Source: Trichoplax adhaerens | Lineage: Eukaryota > Animalia > Placozoa | Length of the DNA: 64,000 bases | Assembly (NCBI RefSeq): GCF_000150275.1 | Contig: NW_002060946.1 | Location: 2,127,454 to 2,191,453, forward strand | Reading direction: 5' to 3' | Part shown: positions 13,999 to 25,958 of the stretch, piece by piece | Position numbering within the stretch: the first letter of the stretch is position 1 | How the letters are laid out: each line of letters begins with the position of its first letter | Translations under genes and position numbers: made by a program | Notes under the pieces: model-generated | Told to the model about the DNA's origin: nothing | Database searches by the model: none | Seen by the model: the letters and a program-made list of their open reading frames with translations, nothing else

Positions 13999-16900
13999 TT
14001 AGTTCTGATGTGGCTCCCATTGATAAGTACCGGAATAGATATAGCCGCTGTCCGATGCCATCTTATCTGAGGCTTCCGGTCCACGACTAAAAAATCGTAA
14101 TTAAATGTTCAAGTATTAACTTATCATCATTTATCCTTTTTATTAAAAGTACAACGCCGTTGCTATTACAACTACACAAACCTGCCATATCTATATTTAT
14201 GTAACTCGGGATTTCCCTGTTCAATTTGGTGTAAGATAGGAGTAAATATTCTCCAAGCTTCAGCTAGCTCGTCGCTATATACATATAAGCAGAATTAAGA
14301 AAAATTTTAGCTCTGCTAATCTGACTATATTCTGTCGTCGTTCCTGATATTATTTGCAGTTGGACAATTTTATGAATCGATAGCCAAATAAAATAATCAA
14401 TAAATAGCGTAAAAGTGTTGTTTTACCTTCTTACAAAATTTCCTTGAGTACCAGCAAAGACATCCAACAAAAGACGTTCATAAGCATCAGGCACATAGGC
14501 ATCTTTGTATCTGGACTTGTACGTTAAATCAAGCTCAGATTCCATAGGCCTAAATATCATTCCTGGGCTTTTCAACATCATCTTCATGTAAATAGCCTGT
14601 AAGTAATATTAAGGTCAGGATAATTCGATGCTTTAACCTAAATCACCTTCCTTAATTGATTAACTTACTTCATTAGGTTGAACACGGATGACCAGTTCGT
14701 TACGCTGGCAGGCACCGTTAAATATATCACCAGGTACGTCACGGAATTGTATTCTTACTTCTGCTTTCCTCTCGTTCAAAGCTATAATCAAAACAGCGTA
14801 ATACTGCATTATTATCCACGCTTTTATAAAGTAAGAATCTCCTTAAATTAGAAATACAACGATTATTATCAGCAGAATCTGTAATATTATTTAACTAACC
14901 TTTACCACATTTCATGATAAACGGGACGCCTATTGATTTAGAAAGAAAAGAAATTGATTAGCCTACACCCTTTTTCAATATTTCGTGCAACACATAACTA
15001 ATGATTAAATATCGGTAACGCTATACGATAATGATATCATGTAAGTTACCATCCCATCTTTCATTTTTGACATAGCATATAGACATGGCATAAGTAGGTG
15101 TGTTAGAGCCTGGCGGTACTGTGGGATCATCTAAGTAGCCGTTCTTAGCATCGCCAGTTCCTTCTGGATCACCAACGTATTGGCCAAGGATAGTATTTTC
15201 TAACTTAATTGCTTGCATATTTTTTAACACCTTAACTTTTTCATCTCTTAAATCATTAGAATTTATGGAGCAAGGTTTTTCCATTGCAACTAGGCAAAGG
15301 ATTTGCAATAAGTGATTCTGCATAACATCTCTAGATTGATTCATAACAAATATTAAGGATTTTACGAATTAGAAATACAACACATATTGCGTATTGTTAC
15401 AATTATATGCGCAATGGCATAATTGATTTTCGACATATTAATTAATTATACGCGCATATTATTACATAGTGTAAATAGTATAATATAGAAAATCGAAGCA
15501 TGAAAATTGAAATAGCACCTTATTATGCCGAATTCATCGAAATATCCGCCTCTTCCTTGTGTACCAAACGGCTCTTTAAATGTGATCATAACACTTGAAA
15601 CACTATCACGATTCCAAATTGGTCCATAAATTCGGTTGCCAAATCGCAGCATCAAAATATTTTGAACCATTTCCTTCCCAAGATAATGATCAATACGATA
15701 CAGTTCTTCTTCTCTAAAGAGGCCAGAAAGATGATTTGACAACTCATTCGAGGATTGGAGATCCTTTCCAAAAGGTTTTTCCACAATAATGCGATTATAT
15801 CCGCTAATTGACAATAAATTAATAAAAATATTTGTATGATGGCTGGAATAAATTTTATTTTATTGTCAAATTCCTTGCGTTCAAAAACCATGCAATCGTG
15901 CAGTAATATTCTCGTTCTACTACAAGTTGAGGATATATCTCTATATTAATGTTGTCCGTACACGCACAATTTTTGCGCAAATAACGTAGAGTAATTGACT
16001 CTTTTCGAAAATGTAGTTAATGGTGAATAGAAAATACCTCCCAGACATGCAAGTATGTCTAACGTTTGATGTAACGTCTTGAAATACGGATGGAGGTAGG
16101 GCTAAGTAAAATATTCTATTTCCTTTTTTATTCGTTTCAATTTTCTTGACATGATCGTTGAGGTTACTGAAGTAGCTTCTATCGGTATAAGAGCCTGCTA
16201 CATAAGAGCAGCGCTCGAAGAATTTTTCAACTCGCTCTTCCTCTCCCTTGCGGACCTGAGTATTAGTATACCTACATGAGATACTATCTAGAAATTCTTA
16301 TTGTTTCATGAACTGACTTTTCACAGTTATTATTTATTTTATTGTTTATATAACTACAAATGGGCTACTTATGCTAAATCTACAGTACATACTACATAAC
16401 CTAGTAAAATCTGTAATATTATAATTACATTAAGCTTTATAAGTTTACAGCTTCACAATCCTACTCGATGAACATAAAAGTATACAGTAACGTTGCTGAT
16501 AATTATAATATAAAACTTTTCGTCTTAAATATCATGCTATATACTGGCAGATTATATTCTACAAGTATTCTCAGCACATGAGAGTTATGAGTAGCAATGT
16601 AATAAACTGAAGTTAAGTACAGTATAAAAATAAAACAGATACAGTATACATTTAAGACAGAACACAAGTTAGAAGACTAACCTTTAAAAATGGCTGAATG
16701 CGGGAGCGCAATTCAGTCATACTCAAATGGGACCTAGCATAACCAACAAACCAAGTATTTTCTGGTACTAAAGCATCACGGTAAAGCAACCTATGGTAGC
16801 AATTGCGATATTGAATACAGTGTATTTTAGCATCAATCGTTAGCAAAAAGTTATAACGCTACTGCACTGGCTACGCCTAATATGATATTTACACAGCAAA

Positions 16901-18636
16901 CCGTTAAGAGCCGGTAATAGGGTGGACTACTAGACCAATTTTTGAATGGTCCGCAGTAAGAAGTATATATGTACGCGTAAATACAGTACTACTGAGTTAT
17001 ACAAGAATTGTATTTATCAGCTTACGTATAATAATATACTTGTAGTGTATGAGGGAAAAAGGACTGATAATTAATTATTAGTTTACTACAATTAAATTCG
17101 TAAGAGATAACGGAAAAACAAATGAAAAATTATATGTCCCAGTCAATAGGATGATCAAGCAAGTGGTATCGTAGAAGTCTTACCATAGCGTTGGATAAAT
17201 TTTCTTCTTTGCAAGATCACCCTTTGATAAATCGATTATACGAGCAGCAATTATTAGAATGTAATGAGTAAGCGAGAACAATAGTTATAACTTTGTACCA
17301 AGTAAATACGCATCTGTCCTTTTGTGAATAGAGGCACGCATTTACGTTTGTATCCATATAGATATTGTGCAATCGTATATAACTGATTAGTTACTGTTTT
17401 TAGAATCTCGTGCTGGATGCACTGTTAGTAAGCTACATTACGATGTCAAAACAAATAGGCATCATGCCGAGGATCAACCTCAAACCATCAATATCTACGC
17501 TACAGGTGCTATAACTTGTAATATAACATATATATATAATACCCTTAATCTCGATCGAAATACGTAACCTTTGCAGATAAAACCGGAACATTAATTGAAA
17601 TATAGATACAACATAAACAGCAAAATTTCATTCACAATTAATAAAGAAAAACTCATGATAGCATTTAAACCCATCAAAGCCGCTCATGTATGCAACTATT
17701 GTAGTGTATAATGCTAAAACTTCAGAGTTTATACAGCATTCCATTTGACTGTCGAGAATTAACAATATTGCAAATCGCGATTGCAGATTGACAGTAAATA
17801 CAATACAGCGATAGCTGCGCCGCTACGAAAAGTGTGAAAGTTAATACAGCAGTTAACTGAATTTAAATAGCTGACTATGAATTTTGCTTAAAACGTTCGG
17901 TTACTTTTGAGCTCGGTACTTGACATACGAATATAAGATTTGGTAGAAATCTTCAGAGTTCAAGTCTCCTAATATGAGAGATGACTATCTGCATGCATTC
18001 GCTATACGGATCATATCGATATATTCGATCGCTGAGTATGACTTGCTACAGAACTACCTATACAGAACTAAAGGAAAAGCTTCCATTTTAGCTGCAATTA
18101 TGAAGGCAACTGTCAGCTACATCAACATCGTATCTTTTCTACGTCCATTACGCCACGAGTACATCTGCGCTACTGTACTGTACGTACAGCAAGACTTTTT
18201 GAGCACAATAAAAATGATTGAAGTCTATGGAGAACTTATAATTTGTTTTCCATATACTTTACTGCTGCATCAAAATAAATTAGGAATTAGGCATACTCGA
18301 CCGAGCTTCGATCGCTATATACCTGTCTTTACTTATAATCATTATTAACAATTCAATTAATTAATTAATTATGCACTAACAGGGCTGGATGCCAATACTG
18401 CGACGTGATGCATGGCGTAGTCGAAGAGTAAAATAATTCAGTACAACGATAAATGGTATAAGCATCATGTGCAATAGTGCCTACACAGATTTTGAATTCT
18501 TATGCAAGCACAATATCAGCTAGCTATCGCTACCTACCGATGCTCCTAAAACCAAAACGCAATAACATTGATCTTCACTCTGTTTCTTTAGCACAGTAGG
18601 ATCTTCTAAAGGTATCGGAGAATCTGCCTTGCTCAT
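13999..18636 (-). CDS. G6PD: Glucose-6-phosphate 1-dehydrogenase, 11 coding exons, 507 aa
   Basis: Exons 18538-18636, 17184-17221, 16682-16790, 16038-16255, 15519-15803, 15050-15330, 14900-14929, 14669-14781, 14427-14596, 14182-14274 and 13999-14086 total 1524 nt, in frame, all GT-AG. Motifs present: GASGDLAKKK (NADP binding), [14 protein letters not shown] (active site), [24 protein letters not shown]. Confidence 0.98.
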
Positions 18637-19009
18637 GGTGATGCGATCGAACGTTAATCTACAGCAATTTCAATTTTACAGAAGTTATCAGTGCAACAAT
18701 TATCTTATTTTATTCATTACAGTAAATGTAGCAAATCGATCAAAGAATATTTCCTACTTCGTCAATGGAATGACACAGCACTTTGCAAGCAGCTTGTTGT
18801 TGATTGTGTTGTCGTTTGGAGAAAATTGATTAATTAAAGCGATGGTGCAAGTGAAAATTGCCTATCACTCAGTATGGCTGTACACGGTACAGTCTTGCTC
18901 GGCAGGGCTGATTCTGACTGTACAGTATATTGTCTTGCCAATAGTGTAAACAATAAGAGCGAGTGAGAAGTTCGAAAAAAACTTTTTTTCATTCTTTGTA
19001 CAAACTCTA

Positions 19010-20310
19010 CTGTTGCAGTACTGTACTTTACACTGTCCAGTATCAGTCTCGTTTTTTGGAGCAGATTGGTAGTGAATTCTTCAAAGTCCGGTGATGTTTA
19101 CCCTAGTGGAGGTGAGGACAGAGGTTATTCGATGCAAGGTTGCTCCTATGTAAATAACTAAGTGATCTTTTAGTAGGGATCAGCTGAAATCAAGCTGATG
19201 GCCGGTTATGTGTACAGTACAGTATTTACGTCTCGTAAGAGCTTGTACTGTACACTGTACACTATGTACTGTACTGTACAGTATGTCCATGATAATGGTA
19301 CTAACTAGTAACTACTAACTGTAAGTAAAGTTTATTATTTTCAGATGGGTGTCCAGCCATCCGTTTTTCATCGTTGGAGGCAAGCCACTTTGATGAAGGT
19401 AATAATAGTACTGTAATTTAGCTTACGTTCAAAGCTGATATATAATCGTACATCCCGTGCTTCAGTTTTGAACTGTACACTAAATTACTATTACCTCCAT
19501 CATGGTGACTTGTCAGCTACATTACTGTACCAGTGTACCTCTGTACGGAAAACGGATGACAGGACACACATCTGAAAATGATGAGTACAGTACAGTACAG
19601 TCACGAACCACTAAATGCTGTACACCCCCGTTAGAAGGATATCTCCGATGATACACTGTACTTCTCGGAAAGTATTTTGTACGTAGTCTATGGTGCTGTA
19701 GTAAATGCGTGCACTAATGAATCTACTGTTACACGAACTTAATTACTGTAGTGTACAGTACAGTACTGTAAGTGTGAACGGCGCATGTACTGTACAGTGT
19801 ACGCTGTACAGTATGTAAGCCGCCGCTTTTCAATACAATAATGTCATAACTTATAAGAATAGGAGCTAATACTGTACATGCGCAGCTCACACTTATAACG
19901 CAATGTACTGTAGTTAGTTTTACTATAACTTCAACTACTGTACTGTACTGTTTCAATTTCTTTTCTCCAAGCTAATTGAGAGTAGTACGAACCTTCAATA
20001 CGGTTGTTAGTACGGTATTGACTCTGCAGTACTGTACTGTACACAACACGTGGTACAGTACTGTGTACAGTAGAGACCCTTATTTTAGAATCCTATTGTT
20101 GATTGTTGAATGGCTTTTCGTCTCAATTAACTAATAAGTGACAGCTCTTCGTCCGTTTCAGATTTCAATAGTTGTGTTCAGTTCTGCTACAGTACATTAT
20201 GTACTGTACTGTGCCACGTGTTTGTACTGCACTGTACAGTACAGTACAGTACAGTACAGCCAATCGTACTGTAGCTTCAGAACTTCTGAAGCACTGTACA
20301 CTGTACACTA
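19010..20310. repeat. Dense cluster of TACAG/CTGTA pentamer repeats and CTGTACAG/CAGTACTG palindromes in the G6PD-hexosaminidase divergent intergenic region
   Basis: Examples: 19245-19283 gtactgtacactgtacactatgtactgtactgtacagta; 20030-20071; 20231-20259 actgtacagtacagtacagtacagtacag. Confidence 0.8.
19336..19581. repeat. Degenerate foldback (long inverted repeat), MITE-like
   Basis: ttttcagatgggtgtccagccatccgtttt (~19339) is the reverse complement, with 3 mismatches, of aaaacggatgacaggacacacatctgaaaa (ending ~19578). The pairing continues inward: ggcaagccac..tgatgaaggtaata..gtaatttag..gttcaaagctga against tcagttttgaac..ctaaattactattacctccatca..gtgacttgtc. No clear target-site duplication. 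Confidence 0.75.
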
Positions 20311-20801
20311 CTCTAACAATAGAGTACCAGCGACTTCCATAACTTTCCCTTCCTAAAGTCTGAAGAGTGAGAGACCTTAACACTTGGGTCAGTAGAGTGA
20401 GGCTGTATAGTAAGCTCCATCCCTAATGAATGCCAGCAGAGGAAGCGTGCAAACTAACCAAGAACATTTATTAATTAACGTTCTACTCTACCATCATTGA
20501 TTGTATTGGCCGGCTTCTCTAAATTATAAGAAGTTAGTTGGATTAGTTGGACGGTTGCTGTACTGATCTACGTAGTTATCGATTCTTCTAAATACCAACC
20601 GAATAATGCGGATATCGAGTTGTAAATACGTCTGTTAACTTCTACAGTAGATAGTAGGTAGATACCGTGTCCGGAGAAGAGTTTACTTCTTCATTGAGCT
20701 TGGAATGTAATCTAGTCATATTGTTTTAATAAGTGATACGAATCTAGAAATTAACATACTTGTACAATAATAGACTGCGCTGAATAGGGGTTAACTAAGC
20801 T

Positions 20802-22376
20802 ATGCTTCGTGAACTGAAATGGAAACTGCTTCGCTTTATCAGGTTGAACGCTTCAAATGCAAAATTTGGATTATTCATTGTCCTACTGGTCTTGACGACT
20901 TTGTTATACGCCTATCTCAACGCTTCTGATAGTGTTATCATTGCTTTTAATAATGGCCACCTTAACAACGTTGATAAGCTCGAGATGGACGTTAAAATAT
21001 ACGATCATGATGGTCCACATCAGTTCAAAGGAAAAAAGATCGTCCACTTGGATTTAAAGGGCGCTCCCCCCAAGCTAAGTTACTATAAACCTTTCTTTTC
21101 AATAATGGCCTCACTAGGCGTTGACGGTATCCTAATGGAATACGAGGATATGTTCCCTTATTCCGGTAGCATGGAGGTCATTAGGCGTGAAGAAGCTTAT
21201 ACTAATGAAGAAATAGAAACTATTAAACGTTGGGCAGAGGAAAAGAATTTAGAACTTATTCCTCTTGTTCAAACATTTGGCCATTTAGAATTTGTATTAA
21301 AACATGACAAATTTAGTTCCTTGAGTGAAATTCCAAAACCTCGTCGTGCAATTTGTCCATCGAACCATCAATCCCTTGTAATGCTCAAGGAGCTTATTGA
21401 TCAGGTCATGACGTCACATCCACACACCAAATACTTTCATGTTGGAGGTGACGAGGTATACGAACTTGCTAAATGCGCAAAGTGTAAGGAACACAATTTA
21501 TCTAGGAAAGAGATTTATGTCCGCCATGTCATAGCTGTTTACAAATATATAAAATCAAAGTGGCCAAATGTAAATGTGCTATTTTGGGAAGATATGATTA
21601 GAACGTGGACAATACCGGAAATGGAAAAATTGAAAGGACTTGTACCAATGGTTTGGGCATATCGTCGCAACCTGGATGATGCTTTTCCTGATAATATGTG
21701 GGAAAACTACGAGAAAGTGTTTCAAACTGTTTGGATTGCAAGTGCCTTTAAGGGAGCATTGGCACCTGACAATGACCTTGTTCCAATTGATTATCATACT
21801 TCTAACCATTTATCTTGGATGAAAATTATTAAATTCTATCAAAAGATCAAGTTTGAAGGTATAGCAGTTACTGGGTGGTCTCGTTTCGATCATTACCAAC
21901 CATTATGTGAGTTGCTTCCAGCCGGAATCCCATCGCTAGCATTATGCATTGGCATCTTAAATTTCGGAAACCTTAACAATCAACTAGTTCGGAAGGTATC
22001 GAATGCTTTTCGATGTCAGAAAAATATCTCTTTAAGTTTTAGCTTTCAGGACTATATCCAGGAGAAGTGTCACTTTCCTGGAAGTAAAACATTTGCAATT
22101 ATCAGTAAATGGAAGGTCATTTATAGTGATCTCATGGTACTTCGAAGATTTTTTAACGATCCGATGGGCTACCATGTTTACAAAGACAAAGCAATCCTGG
22201 CTGAACCTAAGAAGAGTATTCGAGAATTAGATCAGCGAATAAATGCTTTTATACCAGAAGCAACTTTGGCTTTAAATGAGATATATTATCCAAATACGGT
22301 GAATGAATGGGTAGCATCGAAGAAAAAAGCAGCTAAAGACCTCTTAATTTCTCTACAGCAATATTCATCAAATTGA
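20802..22376 (+). CDS. HEXD: GH20 beta-N-acetylhexosaminidase, hexosaminidase-D (HEXDC) subfamily, paralogue 1, type II signal anchor
   Basis: Single 524-aa ORF. HEXDC motifs: HLDLKGAPP, EYEDMFP, PLVQTFGHLEF, catalytic HVGGDE, WEDMIR, ASAFKGA, TGWSRFDH, CELLP. Basic N-terminus followed by hydrophobic FGLFIVLLVLTTLLYAYL. The symbol denotes subfamily, not proven 1:1 orthology. Confidence 0.92.
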   Translation: MLRELKWKLLRFIRLNASNAKFGLFIVLLVLTTLLYAYLNASDSVIIAFNNGHLNNVDKLEMDVKIYDHDGPHQFKGKKIVHLDLKGAPPKLSYYKPFFSIMASLGVDGILMEYEDMFPYSGSMEVIRREEAYTNEEIETIKRWAEEKNLELIPLVQTFGHLEFVLKHDKFSSLSEIPKPRRAICPSNHQSLVMLKELIDQVMTSHPHTKYFHVGGDEVYELAKCAKCKEHNLSRKEIYVRHVIAVYKYIKSKWPNVNVLFWEDMIRTWTIPEMEKLKGLVPMVWAYRRNLDDAFPDNMWENYEKVFQTVWIASAFKGALAPDNDLVPIDYHTSNHLSWMKIIKFYQKIKFEGIAVTGWSRFDHYQPLCELLPAGIPSLALCIGILNFGNLNNQLVRKVSNAFRCQKNISLSFSFQDYIQEKCHFPGSKTFAIISKWKVIYSDLMVLRRFFNDPMGYHVYKDKAILAEPKKSIRELDQRINAFIPEATLALNEIYYPNTVNEWVASKKKAAKDLLISLQQYSSN

Positions 22377-24959
22377 CCCTCAACTGTGGTATATTGACGG
22401 GAAACGCACATTTATTTATTTATCTTTAGTTATCTTGCTGGATATCATATCACGTGCTATACATTATACGTTGTCAATAAATAAATGTAAGTATTGCACC
22501 GACAAAATTGTTACGTTATAAGACTGGTATCAGCACCTGTGTTACTTTAAGATCTACATTGCAATGATACCTATTGAAGGTTCAAGATTCTCTCATAGTG
22601 GTGTAATTTTGTCAAGTTAGTTAAATAGTGGGATAATTTTATGTTCTGGCATTTCTTATATTATTTAGTACTTAATTTAAAAAAAATCTCCAGATACGAC
22701 TACTAAAGTACAATCTACTTTAGAATTTTTAGCCCTTTGGTTTACACTAGTAATTTTATTTTATATTTGATTACATCATGACCATATACAATACTTATAG
22801 TATGTTAGTATAGCAAGAGAAGTAGAATTAGGTAGTTAATCATTGTTATCTTTGAAAAAATCATCATCAACGTAATGATATCCATATGTAAAGGGAAAGG
22901 GAAGTATGCCCTTGTGCATGCTCTTATATATGTATTTTCAACGAATTATTAAAATAATATAATTGAAGAAATAGCATCAACGAAAAATAATAGAATACGG
23001 TTCGATGCGATAGCAATTGCAATGTCGGGTCTTACAAGTTTACTTTCGATCCTAATTATCTGCCTGTTGAAATGTACTCCGGAATCTGTAAAGGCATATC
23101 ACTGTAAAATAACTACTCATATACTTATTTATGCTGTACTTATATCACTGAGATGACTGATATGATATCTCCCTCTACTTTATTATAGATTCGTACTTTT
23201 ACAGCATTCTTTTGGAATTTGTAGCATTTTTTTATAGACTAACTTTAGATAGGAAATCGTCATTTAGCTAACACAACATAATTAATGTTGTACGTCTGTA
23301 AGGATTCCTATTAATACGCAGTAACTATGGGACTAGTTTGGTTAAGATTGTATAGTGTTATGTGACTGCTCGTCGTTACTACAATGAGCTATACACTTTG
23401 TTTTTTATTATTATGATTCCACCATGAAGAGAAGTTTACAAAGGACAATGTTAAGTAAGTGTGGGTTGTTGAATAAAACTTTGAACTATTTTACACTAGT
23501 ACAGTACATATTAGAGTGATTTATATGTGTGTGTTATTTTGATTGGTCGTTGCGCATTTTATCTGATTCCTTGTGTACCATGTCTATTGACAGTATGTGT
23601 TCAATTGACCCTATATCTGTCTACCTGTAGTAATTTTAAATCCTCTAGTATTCTATCAAGGTCCATGATAAGAATTACAATATAATTCTTGTATACTATA
23701 AATTATTATCAATTAATTAAATTGAATTAAAATGTAATCAATTATACCCTTGATTTGACGAAATAAATTGATTGATATTATATTGTGAACTAGAATGTAG
23801 CGGTTTATTAACTCAATTATGTTGATTGACCAGCGGTGATTGATTGTAAATAATATACGGGGTATGCTAACATAAGTATAATATTAATGGTTCATAAGAA
23901 AACGCAGTGCGGTAGATGCACGGTTGAACTTTATTGCTCGAGCCAGGCAGACACCGATAACTAGGCTGGCGTTTTACATACGAACACATAGAGATACTTT
24001 TGAAGGATAGTTTTACTTATGCGCACCAGGAGTTTCTGACGAGACTATCAAAGGCTGGTGCCTGAAGACCACTTTTTAGTTAGTTAGTCGGTTAGTTGGT
24101 CCACTAATTTGTCAATTGCTATTGAATTGTCAATACAATAATCTTGGTTGTCTAGATTTCTTGAGTAATTAACAGTAGTCAAATCTCTGACTACCTCGTC
24201 TACACTATCAGTAACGCTATAATTATATTCTAGTATTCGGTCGTTGGAACTGAATTATTTGGTGATATAGCGAATCTCGCCTCTTCAAGTCAGTAGGAGG
24301 CGTTCTTCGTAAGCACTGGCGTGTGTAGACTACTTTGTCACTAGTGGTGTGTGACAGTTAAACATAAGCATTAAGAGCGTAAGATATCAGAACTAGTTTT
24401 AACCTATTCTTGTCTTACCAAGATAAGCCATGATAACTTTACGTTGGTCTAATACCAACGCTAACCAATAATAAGTAAAAATGAAACTTTAACGCCGGCA
24501 TCATGATAAAATAATTGTACGGTGATTGAGCCAGGATAGTGACTCAAACTTGAAAAAATTGATCATTGTGAACCAATATTGGATGCTTCTAGTCAGCACC
24601 CTCAGCTAGTTTATTGCTAGTTATACAGTATCTCAATTTTTCATTGGCCTCAGTATTAATGTGAAGTCATTAACGCAGCAACGTCAATTTCAAAAGTTGA
24701 AACCAGTGATGCCATAATACTGTACTGAATAGAAAGGGTAATACGACGTGACCGGTTAGACTAACCGTACTGTATTTGAGGTTGAAAGATCATCTTTCAA
24801 TTTTTGAAAGAAATGCAAATTTAAATTAGGCTCAAATTCCACAAAGACAGATCAGTACAATCTTGAACAATTGGCTTTTGATATTTTTATTACTTACTTT
24901 TTATTGCAGTATTGAGTAATCTTCTTTAAAGTTACTAATACAAACTATCGGTCACAAGT

Positions 24960-25205
24960 GGATACAGTGCTGTACTGGTCTGGTACCGGTAGCAAGTCTT
25001 ATTGTACCGTACAATGTAGTCTGTCTGTACGTACTGTAGTCTTCGTGTTTTGCACTCAAAGTTTACCATTTCTTGACTTGCGCAGCTGTATTCTGGAAAA
25101 ATTTTACGTTTAGGACGCAGCACCAGTTCCATCGGACTTGTGTACAGTGTACAGTGTACAGTACTGGATGAAGAGTGCTGACAGATAGTACTGTACAGTA
25201 CAAGG
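24960..25205. repeat. TACAG/CTGTA palindromic repeat cluster upstream of hexosaminidase paralogue 2
   Basis: tgtacagtgtacagtgtacagtactgg (25141-25167) and agtactgtacagtac (~25187-25201). Confidence 0.65.
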
Positions 25206-25958
25206 TGTAGCACAGTTACCCTGGTACACTGGGATTGGCCTCGCACTCAACTGGACGAACAACCGGAAAGCAGACAGACAGTACGTTCCCCAGGAAAGAG
25301 GACTACTAAAAGTTGCAACGTCCAGTCCAATATACTGTAAAAGTGTAAATGCTGCGAGAGAAAAAATTCAATTTCCTCTCATCCTTGAAGTTCCATGGTC
25401 TACGGCATTGGATGTGCTGACAAGTAATTTGTAAAGTTCTAAATTATAATTGACGATACTACAAGAGATTGATACCAGTACAAGGTTCGAAATTATTATT
25501 TTAATACCAGATAGACTGCCGAAATAGCCCTCGGACGCTGCTGTGAAAGTGCCAAGTGGATTCCTCTCACGCCGCCGCGCCAGGTGATTATTAATTGTAG
25601 AGTACTTGGAAGTACCTACACCACATACTGTAGCAATAAATGCTTTGTACAGTCTTAGTCAGTGTCGACGTTGTTACCAGAGGACAGTGTTTTCAAGTAG
25701 GCATCGACGGTAGTTTGAAGACAGTATAGTGGAAAACGGCTGGTGGTGGATGACTACAACAGTGGACTGTATGATACGATAGCGTTCACGTGATACTGTA
25801 CGTATCAACATTTGGAAGAAAGCATTGAGGAGGTGGTTTATGGAAAATCCGTGAGCCAACTGGGAATTACAACATTTAGTTTTGTCGTCTATGCAGTTGG
25901 TGGTAGTTTATGTATTAACTTATTCAAATTGTAAAACTAAAATAGATCCCTAGATACA

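Noticed and set aside
17974-18348. 124-aa plus-strand ORF inside G6PD intron 1
   Set aside because: It is antisense and intronic with no motif. No alternative G6PD first exon could be built from the opposite strand.
19729-20383. ORFs rich in YSTV/TVLY/CTVQ peptides (also 4986-5204, 24935-25246, 31037-31488)
   Set aside because: They are translations of the TACAG/CTGTA repeat clusters, with no protein-like features.
24030-24070. CTGACGAG resembling a hammerhead ribozyme core
   Set aside because: No stem II followed by GAAA, and no stem III with a cleavage triplet.
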